Origin: Acutalibacteraceae bacterium
GTDB lineage: Bacteria > Bacillota > Clostridia > Oscillospirales > Acutalibacteraceae
Reading direction: 5' to 3'
Length of the DNA stretch: 64,000 nucleotides
Assembly (NCBI GenBank): GCA_045645885.1
Contig: JAZRJR010000073.1
Span: 9,824 to 73,823, forward strand
How positions within the stretch are numbered: the stretch's first letter is position 1; each line of letters starts with the position of its first letter. The notes under the pieces were generated by a model. It was not told the origin of the DNA. It made no database searches and saw only the letters and a program-made list of their open reading frames with translations. Of this stretch, positions 45,901 through 54,900 are shown piece after piece. The position numbers and the translations under genes are program-made.

Positions 45901-48900
45901 ATGATTGATTTGAGATCTGTACCGTTAATTGATACGCCTTCAAGAAGCTCAACAATGATCTGCTTGAATGTGTAAGCTGAACCTGCACCGCCTGAAAGAT
46001 CGAGAGCTTCGTCGGGTTCTGTAAGTGAAGCAACTGCTGCCTCGAGACCTGACTGACCGCCTTCGTTTTCTTCGATCATATTGAGAGCTACAGCTGCAGC
46101 TGCAGCGCCAACAGTTGACTGATCTGCGGGATCAGTGCTGTCTGATGTTTCGCCTGCCTTGTCGTTCATATCCTTGATGAGGCCTCTGAGAAGATCCTTA
46201 ACAATACCCATAAGGTCGATATCATAGATGCTTTCAAGCATATCAGTGATTGTTGTTACAGGTACTATAAGGTTATTGAGGATAGCATCAATACCGTCAC
46301 TTTCAACAAAGTGAGCAAGGTAGGGAATAATTGTAAGGAGTGTGTTTACAGGTCTTGCGCAGAGTGAGTCTACGAGTGCAAAGATTGCATCTGTAAGAGT
46401 TGTGAGCATAATCTTTGCGCCATCATAATCGATTGAGCCGTTGTCGTTATAAACAGCAGCCTTGTAAGCTGTATAGTCAACAAGTGTTGCTTCGGTTGCA
46501 CCGCCGCCAAGGAAGTAATTACCTTCGTTTACAATAGGTGTGCCGAGATTATCTGACCAAGTACCGTCAGCGTTCTTGTTTGCACGGAGTGCGGGAATGC
46601 CGAGAGCCTTGATGAGAGGAAGAATGAAGCCTTCATAACCTGCTGCGCCGTTAATTGTAATCTTATCATAAATTACAAGTGAACCTTCAGCGAAGAGAGC
46701 TGCGAAAATGGGAGCGAGAGGCTTGATGCAATTCCAGAGAAGATCTACGAAACCGTCACGAGTATTAAGACCCCATGTAGCGTTGATCTTAACAGCAGTC
46801 TTCTGCTTAGCAGGTTTAACATTCTCCATTACAGCTTCAACGAGGTGCTTAACTTCTTCGTTTTCTTCTGTTTCAGGATTGTCAGGAGTTGCAATCCATT
46901 CAGTCTTGCCTGCTTCCTCGAGCCAGAGTTCTGTGTCTACGAGCTCGCCTGCTGCGTTCTTAACTGAATATGTGTACTTATATTCTGTAACCTTCTTTGT
47001 GGTTGTTTCACCGGTTGCCTCGTCAGTTACCTGCTTGTCAACCTCGCGGTCAGTCTGCTTCTGAACCATGTCAGCAATTACAGCAATTTCTGCTGTATTT
47101 TTGTCATTGTCGTGGTCGAGTGTTGTAAGACCCTTTTCGTCAGCATAATATGTTGCAGTAACTTTTCCGTCAGCATCTTTAACAACATACTGATACTTAG
47201 AGTTAGCCTTTACAACATCTGACCAATTAAGAGCCTTAAGAGCCTTTTCCTGTTCATCGGTAAGAGTTTCTGCAGCAGGATCAAAGGTGATAGATTTATC
47301 TTCTACTGCCTTTACAATTGTTTCTCTGAGGTTATCGATATTCATATAGAATGAATACGGTGTAAGGTCATAGCCTGAACCCTTGAGAACAGTAAGTACA
47401 ATATTTACAATCTGAGCTGAATCTTCACCGCCAAGGAGACCGATAAGCATATCCATAATGCTGTTGAGACCCTTGTCATCGTAGAGATATGTTTCAAATA
47501 CCTTATCAACGATCAGCTGAAGAGTAATTGTGTCGTCAGTTGTGATACCGAAGAGCTTGTTGAAAGCACCGCTTTCGTCTTCTGCTGTGTCAGGATCATC
47601 TTCCTTAGCAAGCATATCCTTAAGAAGTGAAAGGTTGAGAATCTTACCTACGAGTGCATCGAGGTTGTCGATTGTTGCTGAAGTCTTAACACGTGAGATT
47701 TCAGTTACCTTTTCTTCGCCAGCACCGAGATTCTTGTTGTGGTCAAGAACTTCTTCGTGTGTATCATAGCCTGCATCTTCATAGAATTCGAAGTGGTTTT
47801 CTGATGTAATTTCAATTAATGTTACGGGCTTAATTGTGCCACGTGTATCACCTGTAAGAAGAGCAACAATTAAGTCAACAAGTGCATTCGGATTTTTGAA
47901 TACATTTGTGATGATTTCGTCAAGAAGTTCTGCTTCGGTTGCTGAGTTGTCGTCTGTAAGGTCGTAACCGAGAAGTGAACCGATAACTTCTTTGAGTGTT
48001 GTGTTTGTAAAGATGAAGTCAAGAAGGAACATAAGAACTTCAGCCTTACTTACATATACAGTACCTGTTCCTGATACATATACATAATCAGCATATTTTC
48101 TCTTAATATAATCGTTTGCTTCATCTTCATGTTCGCTTACGGGATCACCGAGAGCTGCAATTGACTTAAGGAAGTTCTTAACTGCAGTTGCTCTAAGTGT
48201 TCTTGCATCAGCCTTGAGTGATTCAATCTGATCCTTATTTGCAACTGCATTTTCCTTGGTGAGATCAGCAGCCATCTTGTTCTTAGCCTTAGCCTCAAGC
48301 TCCTTATCCTTGTCAAGGAAGAGAACTATACCGTACATGCCTTCATACGGATCATTTCCGCCTAAAACGCCGGAAAGGTCAAATTCAAGGTTTGCAATAA
48401 GAGCAAGAAGTGAATCAGTAAGTGAATATACATTATCTGAAACAATCTGATCTCCGTTTTCATCATACTTAACGAATTCGTTGAGAGCATTCTGGAAGTT
48501 CTCCCAGTCGTCTGTTGCAAGAGCGTCAATAAGACCTGATGCAATGTTGTTGATATCAAGGTTAATGATATCTGTAAGACGGTTTGTTAATGTTGTTACA
48601 GGAATAAGAATGTTTGTAACGAGTGTTGTAATACCATCTGCATAGAGGAAATATGCAAGAGTGGGAAGTGCATTTGCAAGTGTTTCAACGGGATACTTAC
48701 AAAGAATTTCAACAAAGTAGAATACATAGTTTACAATGTTCTTTACTGTGTATCCAACACCTGCAGGACTCATCTTGCCGTCTACATAAACTCTGGAGAG
48801 ATACTCTTCTTTTGTCATAAGGTGCTCGATCTTCTGACCTTCAGCATCCTTTGTTTCAAGAGTATTGAGCTTGTCACCGAGCTGAGCGATGATTGAGTCA

Positions 48901-51900
48901 AGACCGAATGCACGGAGAAGAGGAAGGAGGTAATCGTCATAACCGAAGCCGCCTTCGATATTAAGAGTGTGTCCGAAGAGACTGAGTGCGTCACCGGCAA
49001 AGAGTGTTGAGAATACGATTGCGAAGGGTTCAAGAACACTCCAGAGTGTGTTAACCATAGCAACCTTCTTAGCTGTGAATTCATCTTTTCTTACAGGTTT
49101 GCCGTCTGCATCCAAGATGTACTCAGCTTCGTCAATACCCCATGCCCATTTGCGGTCTCCGAGTGTTTCAGAGTATACAGGAGTAAGGGTATAGTAAACA
49201 TCTTTACCCTGAGCATCTTTTTGGTCGCTCTTAAGAACTTTAAGCTGCTGATAGTCACCATAATATGTAACTACTTCACCTTCAGCATTTGTGTATGTAT
49301 ATTCATACTTGCCTGCATCATTTGTCTTCTGCGGATAAGCAGTAGCATATACTTCAGTTGCATAAACGATTTCCTTAACTTCGTTACCGCTTGCATCGAG
49401 CTTAGGTTCACCGTTTTCGTCAAGAACAGTTACATACTTATCTTCTGTAGCGTCTCTGAGTGTATATGTTACAGCATTTGCGCCTTCACCGACAACATAA
49501 GCCTTAAGACCTGCCTCTTCAAGCCATACGGTCTTGGTTTCTGTTACTTCGCCGGCATCGTCTGTAATATCATACTCATACTTATATGCGGTTATATATT
49601 CACCGTTTTCGTCTTTAAGCTCTTCGTCGCTTGTTGTCTGAATCTGAACAGCCGCCTTCTTGGGTGTGCCGTCTTGATTCTTTACAAGCTCGCCGTTCTT
49701 GTCAAATTCATAAAGCACATAGCTGTGATTGTTATAAATCTGAACGAATGTAAGCTCTACTTCGTCGGCTACGGTGATTACTCCGTCACCGTTTATATCA
49801 TCCTTCTGGTCATTGAAGTCCATATCAAGATAATACTTATCGTAATCGCCTGAAGCACCGGGAACGATCTTGCCGTTTTCTTTATAGAAGCCGTATGTGA
49901 AGTATTCGTAGAGAGGAGACGGTTTACTCTTGTCGGGCTTTCCGTTTTCATCAAGATTGTAAATAAATGCATCGAAGGTCATATCGAAGCCAGCAGCCTT
50001 GAGAGCCTGCTGAAGTGTACGTGATGTGCTTGTGCTACCACCTGCACCGAAGAGACCTACAATAAGATTTGCAATCCATGTGAATGAGTCATCCTTAAGG
50101 GCATAGTCCATAGCAAGGCCCTTAACAAGACCCCAGAGACCGTCATCGCCCTTAATACCGTTTACAAGGTCACCGCCGATAATACCGTTATCGGTAAGAA
50201 TTGAGAGAATTTCAGGAAGAGCTTCTCTTACTACATAGTCAAGGTTTTCAATTGTTTCATTTACATCTTCTTCAGTGAAGAGAATTTCATTATTATTTTC
50301 TTTGTCAATAACTGCAAAGGTACCGTCATTCTGTACAATCGCATTTTCGTTATTTGCATAACCGCTGTGTACGATACCGTAATCAGTCATAGCCTGATCC
50401 TGAATAGCCTCTGTGAGCTTATTATCAAGATTATTGATGAAATCATAGTAGTAGAGATTACCTTCATCAGGATTATAGTCGCTGAAAATGTCGATAATAA
50501 TACCTGTAAGGATATCTACCTTCATGCCGCCTTCAGCATCTGCTGCTTCGCCTGTAAGGTTGTTTATAACACCGTTAACGATATTGTGAACACGCTGTCT
50601 GTATTCAAGTTCTTCGTTTTCATCATTTGCATTTGTAGCGTTGAGAATTACATTACCCAATACAGTAGCAATCTGTCTGTTAAGAACCGTTCTTACGAGT
50701 GTGATTAAGAATTTACCTGCTGAACCGTTGAAGCTTGTCCATTTCTTGTTAGCATTAACCGCACCGCTGTCGTCAGTACCTACTGCACGGTATGTGATTT
50801 CTTTTGTGATATCCGATGATTCAGCTGCGATTTTTGCAAAGTCAAGCATCTGCACATTGAATCCGCTGTTATCTTCGCCAATATTTGCAAGAACATTGTT
50901 GAGAAGATTTTCAAGGTCGAGGAAGCTTTCAATAAGTGCATTAAGATCGAGAGTAATAAGTCTTGAAAGAACGGGATCTACGATGTCAAGAAGCTTAGTT
51001 ACGGGAGCAATAAGGTTTTCAACCGCAATCATAAAGTTTGAACGCTTCTTATCATCATCGGGATCATTATAGATATAGAGAGCATATGCAAGATTAGGAA
51101 TCTTCTCGAAGAGAACTGTAAGAGGTGAATCAACAAAGCCCTTAATGCCCTTGGTTTCATCACCAACAAGAAGCTCTCTGATAGCATCAAGAAGAGGACG
51201 AAGCGGTGAATTGTATGTCTGAGCAAACTTCTTGCCGCCTTTTGCTGTAAGTGCGTCTACATCTACATTTGTATCCTTTGTCTTGTCGTTGTTGTATACA
51301 TAGTTGTCGAACTGGTTCTGGCTCATGCAAGCACTGTTAAGACCAAGTGCTTCGAGAATTGCAACGATTGATCTTGAATAACCGTTATTACCCTGGAGCT
51401 CGAGTTCATCAAGAAGGAGAATATCCTGACCTGAAAGGAGGAATGAAAGAATGGGGTTAAGGGGTGAAAGAAGGTCACAGAGATATTCAACAAAATTGTT
51501 AATTCTTTCTGAGAAATCTTCAGCTTCTACGAACCACTCAAAGCCGGCTTCATAACCGATGTCAGCCCAAGTCATTTCGTCCCTGATATATTCGTATACC
51601 TGTGTATCGCTGTATGCATTTGCATTGTATCCGGAAATACTGCCTGTACGATGAATATAATGCTGTCTTTCAAGCCACTGTGCAAGCTGTGTGTTGCCTG
51701 ATGATGATACACTTGAAGAAGTGGTAAATGCCTGATAGAAACCTGCAGGAGTAAGGTCGATTCCGATATCTGCAAGTGTGTTTGCGATCTTATTTACAAT
51801 ACCATTGGGATCACCGAGGAGACCACCAAGGAGACCCTGATCGTAGTTGAGCTTGTATTCTGTTTCCTTTACGGGGTTGCCTTCATTATCGAGAACAACA

Positions 51901-54900
51901 TCACCGTTTTCGTCAAGCTTGTCAACTTCTGATACTGTTGTTGAAACAACAAACTGACCTTCACGTACCTGGCCTTCACCGTTGCCGGCATCAACATAGT
52001 ATACCACGCCGTCTACTATGATCTGTGTGCTTGTTGTTGTAGCAGGAATCTTTTCACCTGTTGTTTCGTCAGTAGCATAGATAAGTTCTTTTGTACCAAC
52101 AAGAAGGTCTACAAGGAATTCGATAAGTGCATTACTGAATACAAATTCAGAAAGAATTTCATCGAGACCTAAGGCTGTGCCTGCATTTGCAGCTGCCTTT
52201 GCTTTTGCGATTACAGTTTCAGCACCAAGAGTCTTAAGAAGATCTACGTTTAAAATTGTGTCTTCAAGTGCAACAAGAAGTGTTGTTGCAAGTGAGCTGA
52301 TAAGCTTATCTACATTTGCAACAGCAAGGTCTGCCTTTGCAATAAGATCTGCGTCTGTGTATGTCTTGTTTGCAAGCTCGGTAGCACTCACCTCGCTGTT
52401 TGCTTCACGAAGTGTTTCTTCAAGATATTTACCAATCTGGAATGTTGACTTGAGGTTACCGGCTAAATCTTTTGTAACATAAGACTTCCAACTGTCACCT
52501 TCCCAATAACCGAATCTCTGAGCGTCATCAGCTACGTCATAGTAGTCTCTGAAATTCATTGTGTAGTCATTAAGAAGACAAATAAGAATAGCTACAATTG
52601 TGTCAGCCTGACCGTCAACAATACCTGCAATCATATCGAAGGTGTCGCCGAGAAGACCGCCGAGAAGCGGCTCAAGAACATAAAGAGTACCGTCGTCCAT
52701 AAGCCATCTGAGAAGTGTAAGAAGAACGTCACCGGAGTCAGTGTCGATATGATAGTTTGTCTTGGGTGAAAGCGGCTGAATTGTAGGAAGGGTTGTTCTT
52801 ACGACCTTACCGCAGGCCATAAGTCGGTTAGTCGGCAGGATAAGAGGACACGAACCCGTGTTTCCATCCCATTCGAGCCAGTCCAGGAAGCCGTCGCCGG
52901 CAAGACCGTATAACGTTCCTGTAAGCAAGCCGGTCTGAACATATTTTTCGTTATGTTTTATGTATTCGATGACGTTACCGTCTTCATCCGTCTTTGCCAG
53001 ATATTTACTCTTGGTTGAATCGGTTGGAGATTCACTTGTTACTTTTGCACCAAGAAGCATATTAAGAAGACCTGCGCTGCCCTGCTTTGTTACATCAGGT
53101 GTAAGACCAAGATCTCCGATAAGATTTCTGAGAGCAAGATCCCAAAGCTGAATATCTGTAAGTGAAGCACTAACAAGGCTGAGTATAACTTTAAGATTCA
53201 TATCCGTAATCTTGGGAAGAATCTGATCATATTCAAGAGCAGCAACAAGATTGGGAAGAAGCTCAAGAATTGTTTCAACAGGCTTGTTGAAAAGTCTCAT
53301 ATTGATGAAGTTGATAATGGGTTCAAGAAGCATCTGCCAAAGCTCAACACCATAGCCGTCTTCAGCTACGATACCTGCGCACTTGCCGTCAAGAGCATGG
53401 ATATCTGTATCACACGCTGCAGAAACTTCACCACCGGAATAATATCCGTAACCGTCTTTGTTGTTGGGATCGGCAAGAGCCTGAATACCAAGAAGACGAT
53501 AAAGCGGCATAAATACATTGTCATAAAGCGACTGGCCGGTTGAGTCAATTGTAATATCAAAGTCCATAAGTGCAACTTCGACCTTCTTAGCATTACCTGT
53601 TACAAGTGAGGCAAGAACAGGAGCAAGACCTGATGCTGCAGCGGCCATTGCATGATAAAGGTCATCAGCATTTTCTGTATGCCATGCTCTGTCCTGATCA
53701 AAGTATACGGGCTCGCCGTTTTCATAATAGATAGGCTCTGTACCCTTCCATACACCGTCAGGAATACCTTGATATGTTGCGCCGTCTCTGGGGTTGGTCC
53801 AATTATCGTTCCAATATGATCTGAGTTCCTTACCACTACCATAAGACGAACTATCATGAGGTGCTGTCTGAAGAGCATAAAGAACTTCAGTATAGTCATA
53901 GCGTGAACCCATAAGGTCACCATTGAACATCTTATACCAAATTACATCCGTGTCATCACAGATGTTACCAGCAGATGTACCATTCTTTGATTTGCCCCAG
54001 TTTGCATAGAACATATGAGGCATGGTAGGAAGCGCTCTACGGAGAGTTTTGGGAAGATCCTGGTAGTATTTCGGAAGAATAACCGCTACGCCACCTGCAA
54101 GGCTATAAACAGCAGGACCTACCGCACCTTCAAGAACTGTGAAAATAGTATTAGGAAGTAAACCGCCATAGAGGATGTTGGCGATAAGACTGATAAGGAA
54201 TTCGCGAAGATTCTTTACATCGTCACCCTTCTTGAAGGTTTCCTTTGCATGCTTTACACCATCTTCATCAGTGAACGCAGGAATTTCATAATCTCTCTTC
54301 CACTGTCCAAGCATATTAGTCTTGACAGGAACAATTTCTAATTTGGTTGTGGGGTGTATCTCAAGATCTGCCTCATCAAGATAGAACTCATCTGTTCCGT
54401 TCTTGTATGTATAAGCAAACTTACCGTAAGCATCAGTCTTCTGCTTCATTGTAAGATTTTTGAGAAGTATACCAAGGTCCTCTGAAACGAGAATTCTGTC
54501 TAGATCTTCTACAGCTAAGTCCATAAGGTCAGCAATTTCACCTCTGGAAATGGAGCTGTTCTGTGCAAGCTCAACCTCATTAACCAGTTCCATGATGTCT
54601 TTATAATTAAGCTTACCTACACAAGTAGCCCACATATATGCATTATAAGCAGGTGCCTTGCCTTTGTGGAGAATATACTGAAGCATTGTTTCATCAAGAA
54701 CATTATAGGGGTCTCCGCCATATTCTCCCTTGTGTGCAGCCTGAGGAGCCTGTGCTGTATTCTCATAAGCGAGATTCTTCAGGTTATTGAAATATGTCTT
54801 GAAAGAATTTGCGTCACTATATGCTCTGGTAGCACTTTCGTAGGTTTCAAGGAATTCATCTTCTGTCATATCACCCTTCTTTGAGTTGGGTTCATACGCA

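Noticed and set aside
19950-53560. Whether the regular repeats of about 1.5-2.4 kb could be a CRISPR array, tandem IS copies or a collapsed or duplicated assembly.
   Set aside because: - The units are kilobases long, in frame and diverged from each other (most are far from identical).
- They carry conserved amino-acid motifs rather than conserved DNA repeats with unique spacers.
- No transposase or cas genes are present.
- Assembly error in the near-identical A/B zone remains possible and is flagged as a finding.
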